This document shows positions 9,222-17,820 of a stretch of DNA of 64,000 bases, piece by piece. The DNA is from Candidatus Saccharimonadales bacterium (GTDB taxonomy: Bacteria; Patescibacteriota; Saccharimonadia; Saccharimonadales; EFPC-124), in contig DATIBO010000006.1 of the NCBI GenBank assembly GCA_035457485.1, positions 14,300 through 78,299 of the forward strand. The letters are read 5' to 3'. Numbering within the stretch: position 1 is the first letter of the stretch; each line of letters begins with the position of its first letter. Made by a program: the position numbers and the translations under genes. The notes under the pieces are model-generated. The model had not been told where the DNA came from. It made no database searches and saw nothing but the letters and a program-made list of their open reading frames with translations.

Positions 9222-9405
9222 ATTATTATCCCTTTTTAAAGCTAATAAGAATGTGAATGTTAAAAAAGTAATACCCCTACGGGGTGGCTGTGATTCTTTT
9301 TATTGTTACTAGCTTTTTCATAACTGAACTTATTTTAACCTTATTTGAGGTATTTAACAACAGTGACCCAAATAAAAAAGACCATACATTAAATGATCTT
9401 TTTTA

Positions 9406-9482
9406 TGGTGGGCTCTACAGGACTCGAACCTGTGACCTCTTCCACGTCAAGGAAGCGCTCTAGCCAACTGAGCTAAGAGCCC
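9406..9482 (-). tRNA. tRNA-Val (anticodon GAC), CCA encoded
   Basis: The reverse complement is GGGCTCTTAGCTCAGTTGGCTAGAGCGCTTCCTTGACGTGGAAGAGGTCACAGGTTCGAGTCCTGTAGAGCCCACCA. The anticodon loop is TTGACGT. Confidence 0.9.
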
Positions 9483-9560
9483 GCTTACAAACTAGGATAC
9501 AATAACTGTCCCCGACAAACAATAGTTCACAAATGATATAAGTAAACGTAATTAAGATTA

Positions 9561-9589
9561 TTGACATATTAAAGTGTTTATGCTAATAT
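9561..9589 (+). promoter_or_regulatory. Sigma-70 type promoter TTGACA-17-TAATAT
   Basis: A consensus -35 TTGACA (9561-9566), an exact 17-nt spacer, and TAATAT (9584-9589). Confidence 0.55.
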
Positions 9590-9599
9590 TAAAAATGTT

Positions 9600-9707
9600 A
9601 TGAGCAACACACAACACTCTCATAAAGAAACAAAGTCTGAACTTGAAAAGTTTGAATTGTTTTATGAGCATATAGACGACAATCGACCCAAGAAGCATCG
9701 TAAGTAA
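9600..9707 (+). CDS. Candidate 35-aa micro-protein (MSNTQHSHKETKSELEKFELFYEHIDDNRPKKHRK)
   Basis: The ATG lies 10 nt after the -10 element and has no Shine-Dalgarno sequence. The ORF is followed by the terminator at 9741-9768. It is below the ORF-track cutoff, and coding status is unproven. Confidence 0.3.
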   Translation: MSNTQHSHKETKSELEKFELFYEHIDDNRPKKHRK

Positions 9708-9740
9708 AGTACCTAAATCCCACCCCTGATTTATTATCCG

Positions 9741-9768
9741 CCTCCAGATTCACCTCTGGAGGTTTTTT
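9741..9768 (+). terminator. Rho-independent terminator
   Basis: Stem CCTCCAGA/TCTGGAGG with loop TTCACC, followed by T6. Confidence 0.75.
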
Positions 9769-9831
9769 AATCCACACTTATTCGCTAGTTTTCCACTCGC
9801 TTTTTTAATAGTTGTATGACAATATATAGTC

Positions 9832-10248
9832 ATGAAATGCCCTTACTGCCTTAGCGATAAAACAACCGTCTACAACTCTCGCCCATCCAAAAAACTTAAC
9901 CAAGTGTGGCGTAGGAGGCAGTGTTTAAACTGCAAAAAACAGTTTACTACTACAGAGTTAGTGGATCCGTCCTTGGTTATTTCGATTACTACAAAAGGCG
10001 CCAAAAAACCGACCAAGTACAGCCGGGCTAAGCTGCTGACCAGCTTATTACGATCCTGCGATCACAGACAAAACCAAGAGGACGACTCATTGTACCTATT
10101 AGAAACCATTGAGCAATCTTTACTAAAGTTATCCAGCAAGAATAATCAAACTATAAACACTGATCAAATAAAATCTACTACTACGGAAATTCTAAAAAGA
10201 TTCGATAAAGTTGCAGCTATTAAGTATTCTAGCTACTACCCTAACTGA
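9832..10248 (+). CDS. nrdR: NrdR-like transcriptional repressor (zinc ribbon plus ATP-cone-like region)
   Basis: MKCPYCLSDKTTVYNSR...VWRRRQCLNCKKQFTTTE matches the NrdR zinc-ribbon pattern (CPxC...RRRxCxxC..FTT.E). The C-terminal half is divergent. Confidence 0.6.
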   Translation: MKCPYCLSDKTTVYNSRPSKKLNQVWRRRQCLNCKKQFTTTELVDPSLVISITTKGAKKPTKYSRAKLLTSLLRSCDHRQNQEDDSLYLLETIEQSLLKLSSKNNQTINTDQIKSTTTEILKRFDKVAAIKYSSYYPN

Positions 10249-10249
10249 G

Positions 10250-11872
10250 TTATTTTTTTACAGCTTTCACGGTCAGGTCAAACTTTTCCAGATACTTACC
10301 AAGGAATAATCTTGTTTGAGAATTAAACGCTGCAGCAGACCCATAAACGATACTTGTAACCGGCATTAGCAACCACTGGGCAAGCATAAAAAGCGTGCGA
10401 TGGCGCTTGTAACGCGCAGGCCTTTTTGGCAACATTTTTAAAGCAAGGAACATAGTTATAAACAAGCCGACTATCGCAACGGATTGAATTTGACTTGCGA
10501 TCTGAGGAAGTTCATGGGCGATTATACTTCTGCCGGATTCGCTACCAAAGAAAAGTGGGATCCAGGCACCAAAAGTAATCAATATAGATGCCGAAGCCCA
10601 GCTAAAATGACTTTCGAGCAGGCGCCAAAAACGACTTATCAGCCCGGGAAGCGGTACGGTTCGATCTTTTCTAAAACCTTTGTCGGCAACGTAAGCTACG
10701 TCTGAAGCACCGTAGGCCCAGCGTCTTAACTGCGTAAATTGTGCTTTTAAGGTTTTAAGGTAGGTACTCTCTAAAACCGCATCTTGATAAATCGGGATCG
10801 ATATTGGGGTTACCTCATAGTCGCCATCGTAAGCAAAGTAGCTGCGCCAATACTGGTGACCGTCTTCGACGATTGTGCGAACGCTCCAGAAGTCGGTCTT
10901 GATTAACGATTTCAACCCCTGCGAATGCGATGAGAAATTTCTAAGTAAATGTGGCCGCACCGAATTTACTATAGCCCAGAATGAATTACCTGTTGCAAGC
11001 ACACGCATTGGTGCAGGTGCATCCCAAATGTTATTCATGAATAGTGCGATTGGTTGGAAAGAACGATGTTCGCGCTTTGGCTCAACAATATACTCGTAAG
11101 TTACACTCGCAAGATATTCTGGATGTGGTCGGTTGTCGGAGTCAAGCGTAGTTACAATTACGTTTTCTGGCTTGATCCCATGCTTTTCGGTGTATTTTTT
11201 AAGATGTCGGCCGGCAAAAGTAATGTTACCCCCTTTGCCTATTAGCTCGTACGGTAAACCTTGAGGATGAGAAAGAGCCTCCATATGCAAACATTTATCG
11301 GCGTATTCTTTTACCATTGCCTCCCCAAGCTTATGGCCATCTGGGTAGCGAGCTTCATCTGCCAAAATAATTATTAAGTTATTCTTACAATCATAATTAC
11401 TAGCCAAAACAGACTTAATGGTAGGCTCTAAAACCTCACGCGACTCATTAACGAACGGGATGATAACTGCATTAAGTACTTTACTCGGAATTAAATAATT
11501 TTTTGGAGTAGATTTTATATCCAAAAGATTCTTATAGTGAACGTCGCGACGCCAACCGCCAGTGTCCGAGTTAGACTCGTAGCGACCAATAGCAATTTGA
11601 GGATTCTCTAGGTCCTCCAACCGCTCACGCCAATTTACATGCCTAGCCCGCTCTAATCTGTTGTAGCCCTGCGATGTTCTGTAGGCCATACCTATAGCTT
11701 TTACAAACCACCATATCACAAAGGCTGTAATAAAAATTGCTCCGTAAAGAGGGTTAATTAAACTTAAAACAACCGGGAGCAAAAGTGAGCCATAGCTCAT
11801 AATTGCCGGCAACATCTCAAAAAACCGATACTTAGGAGTCCGTTTACCTACTGGAATTTCGATATCTGTCAT
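10250..11872 (-). CDS. Membrane-bound family 2 glycosyltransferase (processive, cellulose-synthase-like)
   Basis: Motifs IIPFVNESREVL, TLDSDN and QFTQLRRWAYG (QxxRW) are present, with flanking TM helices. Confidence 0.8.
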   Translation of the reverse strand: MTDIEIPVGKRTPKYRFFEMLPAIMSYGSLLLPVVLSLINPLYGAIFITAFVIWWFVKAIGMAYRTSQGYNRLERARHVNWRERLEDLENPQIAIGRYESNSDTGGWRRDVHYKNLLDIKSTPKNYLIPSKVLNAVIIPFVNESREVLEPTIKSVLASNYDCKNNLIIILADEARYPDGHKLGEAMVKEYADKCLHMEALSHPQGLPYELIGKGGNITFAGRHLKKYTEKHGIKPENVIVTTLDSDNRPHPEYLASVTYEYIVEPKREHRSFQPIALFMNNIWDAPAPMRVLATGNSFWAIVNSVRPHLLRNFSSHSQGLKSLIKTDFWSVRTIVEDGHQYWRSYFAYDGDYEVTPISIPIYQDAVLESTYLKTLKAQFTQLRRWAYGASDVAYVADKGFRKDRTVPLPGLISRFWRLLESHFSWASASILITFGAWIPLFFGSESGRSIIAHELPQIASQIQSVAIVGLFITMFLALKMLPKRPARYKRHRTLFMLAQWLLMPVTSIVYGSAAAFNSQTRLFLGKYLEKFDLTVKAVKK

Positions 11873-12237
11873 ACGGATGGAGCTAAGTTAAGGATGGAGT
11901 TTGTTACGATCAGACCAACTACTAAGATAAAAGTTGTTATTCCAAGGAGCGACAAAGCTATTAATCTATCAAGTGAGTAGATTTTAGTAGCGATAAAAGC
12001 GTTTACTCCGGCAACTACAAGTGCAAAAATCGGAAAAATATACAGGGCAAACCACTGATTTCGGTAAATATTCGCAGTACCATAATCTGTATAACGGATC
12101 GGGATCTGAACGTCACTGGCATTTAAACGAATTAAAGTGACTAAAACGGTGATCAACGCCATCATCACCACCAGACCAATGAGCCCTAGCATTAATCTGT
12201 CTTTTACAATCGCAAGTAGTTCTGCTCTTTTAATCAT
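11869..12237 (-). CDS. Small integral membrane protein (4 predicted TM segments), function unknown
   Basis: The start is moved to ATG 12237 (MIKRAELL...) because the longer ORF overlaps tRNA-Gly. TATACT lies 10 nt upstream. The 3' end overlaps the GT2 start by 4 nt. Confidence 0.55.
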   Translation of the reverse strand: MIKRAELLAIVKDRLMLGLIGLVVMMALITVLVTLIRLNASDVQIPIRYTDYGTANIYRNQWFALYIFPIFALVVAGVNAFIATKIYSLDRLIALSLLGITTFILVVGLIVTNSILNLAPSV

Positions 12238-12259
12238 AGATGTTTCTAGTATACAACAA

Positions 12260-12334
12260 TGGTGCGGGTACTGGGAATCGAACCCAGCGCCTAGCCTTGG
12301 GAAGGCCATATATTAACCACTATACGATACCCGC
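12260..12334 (-). tRNA. tRNA-Gly (anticodon CCC), CCA encoded
   Basis: The reverse complement is GCGGGTATCGTATAGTGGTTAATATATGGCCTTCCCAAGGCTAGGCGCTGGGTTCGATTCCCAGTACCCGCACCA. The anticodon loop is TTCCCAA. Confidence 0.9.
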
Positions 12335-12335
12335 A

Positions 12336-12411
12336 TGGAGCCACTTGCCGGGATCGAACCGGCGACCTGCTCGTTACGAATGAGCTGCTCTACCTACTGA
12401 GCTAAAGTGGC
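12336..12411 (-). tRNA. tRNA-Thr (anticodon CGT), CCA encoded
   Basis: The reverse complement is GCCACTTTAGCTCAGTAGGTAGAGCAGCTCATTCGTAACGAGCAGGTCGCCGGTTCGATCCCGGCAAGTGGCTCCA. CGT occupies positions 34-36. Confidence 0.9.
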
Positions 12412-12484
12412 GTAAACAGATGTATTATATCAGATTTGCAGTGAGACTGCGCGCCAGCCCAAACCAGCGCGCAGCTCCACCACC

Positions 12485-13120
12485 TTACAGTTTTCGGTTC
12501 TTGCCCATCTTCTCGTAGAAGATCTCGGTGATCGAGCGACGCTCAACAGGAACCAGTCGATCGCCGGGATAGATGGTTGCGCCGGACTTCTTGAGCGCTC
12601 GATCGAGCTGAACGCCGAAGTAGATACCCGGCTTCGCGGCGTTGATCATCCAGTCGGCGATGCCCGGGAACAGCTCGCTCGCCTTGAAGCACGGCTCGCG
12701 TGGCGACCTTGCGACCAGAGTCGCACCCCGACGAACGTGGCCAGGTGAAACGATCTCGAATCGATCACCTTCGAACACCTCGTCCTCGAGTAACCCTTTG
12801 AGCCTGAAGTTTGCGCCCAGACTCCCCGCCTCGAGCGGCTCCCCGAACTTGTTGTTCGACGTGCCGTTGCGCGCTTGCAGCCACTCTCGCAGCTCAGGCA
12901 GATGCTCTCCAGGGAATCCGTAGATCGCCTTGTTCTCACCTCCGTGCACCGACTCATCAGCCTGCTTGTCTATTCGCAGACCAAGTTTGTCGATCACCAC
13001 CGGACCACGCACAGGTTCTTTGATGAAACCAGACATGACAGGCTCACCACGGCGCTCCATAATTTCTCGGAGTTCCTGACACGCACATATTTCCTCGATA
13101 GTCGGAAAAATTTCTCTCAC
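12485..13120 (-). CDS. MOSC domain protein (YiiM-like), on a high-GC islet
   Basis: SGFIKEPVRGPVVIDKLGLRIDKQADESVHGGENKAIYGF is the MOSC N-terminal pattern. A hand-counted 60-nt sample gives 63% GC. The exact start is uncertain because GTG 13120 directly abuts GGGAGG. A GC hairpin lies at 12447-12474, 3' of the stop. Confidence 0.8.
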   Translation of the reverse strand: MREIFPTIEEICACQELREIMERRGEPVMSGFIKEPVRGPVVIDKLGLRIDKQADESVHGGENKAIYGFPGEHLPELREWLQARNGTSNNKFGEPLEAGSLGANFRLKGLLEDEVFEGDRFEIVSPGHVRRGATLVARSPREPCFKASELFPGIADWMINAAKPGIYFGVQLDRALKKSGATIYPGDRLVPVERRSITEIFYEKMGKNRKL

Positions 13121-13155
13121 CTCCCTCTGTAAAGCGGTAGAACCATAATAACCTG

Positions 13156-13184
13156 ATGACAGCTAAACCATCAAGCTTTATGAT
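13156..13184 (+). promoter_or_regulatory. Promoter ATGACA-17-TATGAT, 6 nt upstream of ATG 13191 (leaderless)
   Basis: ATGACA at 13156-13161, a 17-nt spacer, TATGAT at 13179-13184, attaat, then ATG. Confidence 0.55.
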
Positions 13185-13190
13185 ATTAAT

Positions 13191-13724
13191 ATGAGTGAGT
13201 ACGACAAAGCCCGAGAAGAATTCAAACCTAAAGTTATAAAAGTTCTTTTTATTGCCGAGTCCCCTCCTCCCTCTGCTAATGTGCAAAGCAGTAGACACTT
13301 TTATCGCCACGAAAAAATCCGCCGAGATGACAGGCTTTTTGTTAACACAATTAAAGCTCTGTATTCTTCGGCTGAGCATCTTACTGAAGCACAGATCGAA
13401 GAATCTAAAAGAGATTGGTTGAGCAAATTTATGAATGACGGATTTTATATGATCGAAGCGCTTCGAGAATCCCAGGTTCATGAAGTCACAAAAAAAGAAC
13501 GTCAACAAAAAATCGCAATTTCGGCTACTGATCTGGTAGAGCGCGTTAAAAAACTTGCAAACGCAGACACAAAGATCATCCTAATAAAGTCTAATGTTTT
13601 TGATATCGCATCCAAGCCACTGCGCGATGCCGGGTTTAATGTTTTAAATAAGGGGCTTGTGGACTACCCAGGACATTTTAATCAAACGGCTTACCGCCAA
13701 AAAGTACAAGATCTACTTGCTTAG
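13191..13724 (+). CDS. Hypothetical protein, 177 aa, low GC
   Basis: A long ORF with background composition lying between two high-GC islets. I recognise no domain with confidence. Confidence 0.6.
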   Translation: MSEYDKAREEFKPKVIKVLFIAESPPPSANVQSSRHFYRHEKIRRDDRLFVNTIKALYSSAEHLTEAQIEESKRDWLSKFMNDGFYMIEALRESQVHEVTKKERQQKIAISATDLVERVKKLANADTKIILIKSNVFDIASKPLRDAGFNVLNKGLVDYPGHFNQTAYRQKVQDLLA

Positions 13725-13803
13725 CGTTTTATTTAAAGACCCCTGAACATCTGCCGTGTAGCGCAAGATGCTCAGGGGTTAACGGCTTTTCGCTGCCGAG
13801 CGT

Positions 13804-14151
13804 CTACAACATCTTCCGGAGGTCCCCTTCGATCAATCTTGGCATTTCACCAGAGGCCAGGTCAAATCCGACGAGACCATCCCAGGCGTATCGAAGAACG
13901 TCCTCGATAAACCTGTCTTGAGCTTCTTCGGTAACCTCGAATTGCGGCTGGATTAACAGCGCAAAGCACGGACGGTCACCGAAAAAAAGGATGTCAGCAC
14001 TGCCGCGAGCCAGCGCAGGCCGAATGCCAGCGGTCGCAGAACGCGCTTCTGGCAGAATTAGCCTCGTGACTTGACTGTGCCGAGCTGGCGGATAAGTCAT
14101 AAAAAAGTAGAGCAAGCCGATCCGAACGATACCTTGCCGGACATCCGACAT
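13804..14151 (-). CDS. Hypothetical protein, 115 aa, on a high-GC islet
   Basis: The start is set at ATG 14151, preceded by AGGAG (gttaggagtcggtATG). An extended -10 TGaTATAGT lies at 14203-14211. The sample GC is 62%. An imperfect hairpin at 13741-13779 follows the stop. Confidence 0.5.
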   Translation of the reverse strand: MSDVRQGIVRIGLLYFFMTYPPARHSQVTRLILPEARSATAGIRPALARGSADILFFGDRPCFALLIQPQFEVTEEAQDRFIEDVLRYAWDGLVGFDLASGEMPRLIEGDLRKML

Positions 14152-14245
14152 ACCGACTCCTAACACTAGCTGCCGACGATTTGCTTACGACACCGTGTTT
14201 AGACTATATCATACGAAGTTAATTAAGTTTTTAAACTCTGGCAAA

Positions 14246-14270
14246 CAAAAAACCCCAGAATGGGGATTTT
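14246..14270 (-). terminator. Rho-independent terminator downstream of tRNA-Asp
   Basis: Stem CCCCA/TGGGG with a 3-nt loop. The minus strand reads AAAATCCCCATTCTGGGGTTTTTT. Confidence 0.65.
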
Positions 14271-14282
14271 AATAAGTTCACT

Positions 14283-14360
14283 TGGCGGGCCCGACCGGAT
14301 TCGAACCGGCGATCTCCTCCGTGACAGGGAGGCGTGATAGGCCAACTTCACTACGAGCCC
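14283..14360 (-). tRNA. tRNA-Asp (anticodon GTC), CCA encoded
   Basis: The reverse complement is GGGCTCGTAGTGAAGTTGGCCTATCACGCCTCCCTGTCACGGAGGAGATCGCCGGTTCGAATCCGGTCGGGCCCGCCA. The anticodon loop is CTGTCAC. Confidence 0.9.
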
Positions 14361-14405
14361 AGACTCGCCAAGACTACAAAATAATAGCAGCTTTTACCCT
14401 TTAAA

Positions 14406-15461
14406 TCAAGTTGTTGGACTAGCAATTGGCTCAACTTTGATGAACTCATCGATTACACCTGATTGGCGGAATTCCTCGAGTTTTTGTTGAAGGGCTTTAT
14501 AACCTACAAAAATTGCCGAGAGTGTAACTTCTTTTTCGGAAGGTCGCGCAACAAGTTTGATAATGTAAAAGCCGTTTGTGCCATTTATAACACCTGACGT
14601 TGCTCCAACCTCAAGCTGATTTGCGGCAGCGATTAGACCGTTTGGGTCGTTGTCCGCCAAGCCGTAAGTACCAATATCTCCACCCTTAGCGCCGGCAATT
14701 ACATCTTCAGACGATTTAGCTACTTCTTCAAAAGGCACGCCGGCATTTAATTGCGCTAGAAACCCGTCAATTTTTGCACGTTCTTCGGTACCTATTTTTG
14801 CCGCAACTTTTGTCTGCAAAAGCTGATTGTGGATCGACTGCTTGTACTCATCTAGCGACCAGTCGTAGTAATTGCGGATAATCTGTCGATAAGCGTCTTC
14901 TGTTAAGCCAAGTTTGTTACTACTGATTTGCATTGCAACGAAATCATTAACCTCTTGCCTACTCACAGAAACGTCATTTTCTTTGGCTAATTTTTTAATG
15001 AATGCTGTCTCGGTGCTTTTATTTAAAGCAAGACGTTTTTGGTATTCAAGCTGTCTTTTACCGTCATCAGAGTTAAAATTGACAGCCTCTTTTGTACTAA
15101 AGTAGTGGATCGAGCTCCGAAGCTCACGCAAATAATCACTATATGCCACCCACTGCCCCTCTACTTTTGCCACGGGAAAAGGTACAACAGTTGTAAGCCT
15201 ATACATAAACGCGCTAACGTTTTGCGCGCCGTAAAGCTGCCATGTAGCGAAACTGAATAAGCCAATAAAGGCTACAACGAAAATGAGAATACTAATTATA
15301 AGTACTCGGTGCTTGGTGTACTGTAGCGGATATTTAAACTTACGTCCGCCGGCTAAAATACGTTCGCGGTGCTGCGCAACTGTTTCGTTAGTAATTCTAC
15401 CGCCAGTCTCTGGAAGTTCAGGTTCTTTTTTGTTGAATTTACTTGGAATAATATTGTTCAT
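14406..15461 (-). CDS. Membrane-anchored peptidyl-prolyl isomerase (SurA-N plus parvulin/PpiC type)
   Basis: An N-terminal TM helix is present. The C-terminal rotamase region reads GGDIGTYGL...GFYIIKLVAR. Confidence 0.8.
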   Translation of the reverse strand: MNNIIPSKFNKKEPELPETGGRITNETVAQHRERILAGGRKFKYPLQYTKHRVLIISILIFVVAFIGLFSFATWQLYGAQNVSAFMYRLTTVVPFPVAKVEGQWVAYSDYLRELRSSIHYFSTKEAVNFNSDDGKRQLEYQKRLALNKSTETAFIKKLAKENDVSVSRQEVNDFVAMQISSNKLGLTEDAYRQIIRNYYDWSLDEYKQSIHNQLLQTKVAAKIGTEERAKIDGFLAQLNAGVPFEEVAKSSEDVIAGAKGGDIGTYGLADNDPNGLIAAANQLEVGATSGVINGTNGFYIIKLVARPSEKEVTLSAIFVGYKALQQKLEEFRQSGVIDEFIKVEPIASPTT

Positions 15462-15955
15462 TATTGATCAGCGGCTTCACCGCCATATTTAGTTACAACA
15501 TCCGAAAGATCGTTATGGATTTTATCTGGATGATGTATTTTGTTTAACAACAGATCTCCTACGTAAGTCTGGATCACAACTGTTCCAAACCCAAACATAG
15601 ACGCACTTAATCCAGGAATATTATAGCTTATGTTTTGAATCTTAGATATGCCAAGGTCGATTACACTTCTATTGAAAAACCCTTTTTGAGTAATTTGTCG
15701 TAGTCGCTGATTCGTAACAATATAAACGCTAAAATACCAACCCATCCAGTGGTAAAAAAACAACACAATTCCCAACACCAACCCACCAAAAGCCAGCCAT
15801 AAATAGTTTAAGTTTTCAGGCCAAAGCAATACTGGAATACTCGCGATCAAAAATGGAATAAGTAACGCGTAAAATCCCTTTCGCATCATAATAGGGTGAT
15901 GACGAAATGTAAAAATTAAATTTTCACCTTCTTGCTGGCCTTCGAATTCTGGCAT
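15461..15955 (-). CDS. Membrane protein with bacterial PH (bPH_2/YdbT-like) domain
   Basis: Two TM helices are followed by YIVTNQRLRQITQKGFFNRSVIDLGISKIQNISY. The start is set at ATG 15955 because TATAAT (15962-15967) lies exactly 6 nt upstream. The TTG at 15973 in the ORF track falls inside that promoter. Confidence 0.6.
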   Translation of the reverse strand: MPEFEGQQEGENLIFTFRHHPIMMRKGFYALLIPFLIASIPVLLWPENLNYLWLAFGGLVLGIVLFFYHWMGWYFSVYIVTNQRLRQITQKGFFNRSVIDLGISKIQNISYNIPGLSASMFGFGTVVIQTYVGDLLLNKIHHPDKIHNDLSDVVTKYGGEAADQ

Positions 15956-16031
15956 GTTTTTATTATACAACAACCTTACTTTTATAATTTAATCAACAAT
16001 GCCGGTTTTGTCGCATTCCCCACATAATTTC

Positions 16032-16108
16032 TGGTACCCCGGGCAGGATTCGAACCTGCGACACCCTCCTTAGGACGGAGGTGCTCTGTCCAGCTGAGCT
16101 ACCGGAGC
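16032..16108 (-). tRNA. tRNA-Arg (anticodon CCT), CCA encoded
   Basis: The reverse complement is GCTCCGGTAGCTCAGCTGGACAGAGCACCTCCGTCCTAAGGAGGGTGTCGCAGGTTCGAATCCTGCCCGGGGTACCA. The anticodon loop is GTCCTAA. Confidence 0.9.
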
Positions 16109-16143
16109 ATAGTCTGCAACCAAAGTTGCAGATACATTATATA

Positions 16144-16773
16144 TTAATAGTACTTGCCGTACATGGTTTCGCTACCAGACAAATTATAATGGTAGATTTT
16201 TTCATCACCGAACCAAAGTTTGATTTCGTTTTCGGCTTCGGCTGCGGTTTCGCTAGCGTGGAATAAATTGTGAATCGATCGCTTTTCGGCGTTTGCAACT
16301 GCTGGGCTATCTACCGAAAAGTCACCACGGATGGTGCCGACGTCGGCCTTGAATGGAAGCGTGTGGCCAGCAAGCTTGCGGACCATTTCTACTGCTTGAA
16401 TACCTTCGACTACCATACACACCACTGGGCCTGACTGCATGAATTTGATTAGGCTCTCTAAAACTTCTTTGCCTAACTCGGCTTTGTCCTCGGAGCCTAA
16501 TACTTCCTTGGCAGTTACATCCAAATTTTCGAATCCGCTCAAACTTTTTTCGCCTAAACGTAACACCCAAGCCTCGTCGCTAGCTGGGTAATGTGCCCTA
16601 ACCTGCTCTTCGGTTGGAATTAACATTTTCATCGCCACAACCTTAAGTCCGGCTTTTTCTAGCCGATGAATAATCTCGCCTACAAGTCCTCGCATAACAC
16701 CGTCGGGTTTGATCATACAATATGTGCGTTCAAACTTAACTTTATGTACTACAGGATGAAGTTCTTTAGACAT
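16144..16773 (-). CDS. ndk: Nucleoside diphosphate kinase (long form)
   Basis: ERTYCMIKPDGVMRGLVGEIIHRLEKAGLKVVAMK and NLFHASE (active-site His) are present. AAGGAG Shine-Dalgarno lies upstream. Confidence 0.9.
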   Translation of the reverse strand: MSKELHPVVHKVKFERTYCMIKPDGVMRGLVGEIIHRLEKAGLKVVAMKMLIPTEEQVRAHYPASDEAWVLRLGEKSLSGFENLDVTAKEVLGSEDKAELGKEVLESLIKFMQSGPVVCMVVEGIQAVEMVRKLAGHTLPFKADVGTIRGDFSVDSPAVANAEKRSIHNLFHASETAAEAENEIKLWFGDEKIYHYNLSGSETMYGKYY

Positions 16774-16875
16774 TTGAGCTCCTTATTTTTGAATACTGTA
16801 ACATAAATAGGCTCGTAAGATAAATAGAAGTCGGCAAGCTGTAAAATTGAATAAAAAATGTGCTCACATAAACCA

Positions 16876-16884
16876 TGGTATACT
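16876..16884 (+). promoter_or_regulatory. Extended -10 TGgTATACT, 6 nt upstream of ATG 16891 (leaderless xerC)
   Basis: TG at 16876-16877, TATACT at 16879-16884, acgctt, then ATG. Confidence 0.5.
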
Positions 16885-16890
16885 ACGCTT

Positions 16891-17820
16891 ATGTCTAAGT
16901 ATATTTCTGAGCTGATAGTAGACTTTTTAGAATATTTAGAAGTTGAGCAAAACCGTTCTCAAAAGACAGCCGAAAACTACCACCTTTACTTAATGCGCCT
17001 AGTTGAGTTCGCTGACGACATTAAGATCGAACAGATAAACGATGAGCTTGTTCGCAAGTGGCGGCTCTGGCTAGCGAGATTTAAAGATGACAAAGGGCAG
17101 GAGCTGTCTAAGTTAACTCAATCTTATCACCTAATTGCGCTTAGGAGTTTTTTAAAATTCTGCTCTAAGCGAGGAATTAGTTCCCTAGCACCTGATAAAA
17201 TCGAGCTGCCCCGCGTAAAAAAACGTCAAGTTAGTTTTTTGAACGATGATGAGCTTAAAAGATTATTTGAGTCCATTAAAGCAGCTAGCCTAATTGGTCT
17301 TCGCGACAGGGCTATTGTGGCACTTTTATATTCTAGCGGTCTGCGTGTATCTGAACTGGCAGGCTTAAACAAGGATCACATAAACCTAAAACGCGGCGAA
17401 TTTACTGTGCGCGGTAAAGGGCAAAAAGATCGCGTAGTTTTTATCGATTCATATGCAAATCAATTACTCAACGAATATATTGACGCACGCGATGATAACG
17501 ACCAAGCTCTCTTCATCCGTTATAGTGGAACAAAAAATGTAGACAACAGCGGAGACTTTGCCAGACTAACCCCACGTAGTATTCAGCGAATTGTTAGCGG
17601 ATATGCAAAGTTGGCTGGCATAACCAAGCAGGTTTCACCGCATACTTTGCGACACAGCTTTGCTACCGATCTTTTAATGAATGGGGCCGATCTTAGAAGC
17701 GTGCAGTCATTGCTTGGCCACAGCAACATAGCGACCACGCAAATTTATACACATGTAACCGACCCTCACTTAAAAGATATACATGAACGATTTCACTCTG
17801 TCGCCGAACAAGAGACCTAA
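16891..17820 (+). CDS. xerC: Tyrosine site-specific recombinase XerC/XerD
   Basis: An N-terminal SAM-like domain is present (FLEYLEVEQNRSQKTAENY). The catalytic residues are in ...LRVSELAGL..., HTLRHSFATDLL, and LGHSNIATTQIYTHV. The start is chosen by promoter geometry. Confidence 0.85.
   Translation: MSKYISELIVDFLEYLEVEQNRSQKTAENYHLYLMRLVEFADDIKIEQINDELVRKWRLWLARFKDDKGQELSKLTQSYHLIALRSFLKFCSKRGISSLAPDKIELPRVKKRQVSFLNDDELKRLFESIKAASLIGLRDRAIVALLYSSGLRVSELAGLNKDHINLKRGEFTVRGKGQKDRVVFIDSYANQLLNEYIDARDDNDQALFIRYSGTKNVDNSGDFARLTPRSIQRIVSGYAKLAGITKQVSPHTLRHSFATDLLMNGADLRSVQSLLGHSNIATTQIYTHVTDPHLKDIHERFHSVAEQET

Noticed and set aside
9222-9405. A possible T-box or other leader upstream of thrS.
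   Set aside because: I found no T-box consensus (AGGGTGGTACCGCG-like) or specifier/antiterminator arrangement. Only a short CCCC/GGGG hairpin is present.
12238-12309. An N-terminal extension of ORF 11869..12309 (MAFPRLGAGFDSQYPHHCCILETS...).
   Set aside because: The extension overlaps tRNA-Gly (12260-12334). The internal ATG at 12237 begins the hydrophobic protein.
12642-13132. Several 70-103 aa ORFs overlapping the MOSC gene (12642..12923 +, 12646..12957 -, 12811..13023 +, 12875..13132 +), and 13044..13508 -.
   Set aside because: These are antisense or off-frame artefacts of the high-GC segment, or lie antisense to the 177-aa gene. The MOSC frame carries recognisable family motifs.
16891-17820. 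The tyrosine recombinase as the integrase of a mobile element, or of the high-GC islets.
   Set aside because: It has full XerC/XerD architecture and background GC. It sits between ndk and the pilus locus with no adjacent att-like repeats, and it is over 2.5 kb from the nearest islet. It is most simply the chromosome-dimer resolvase.
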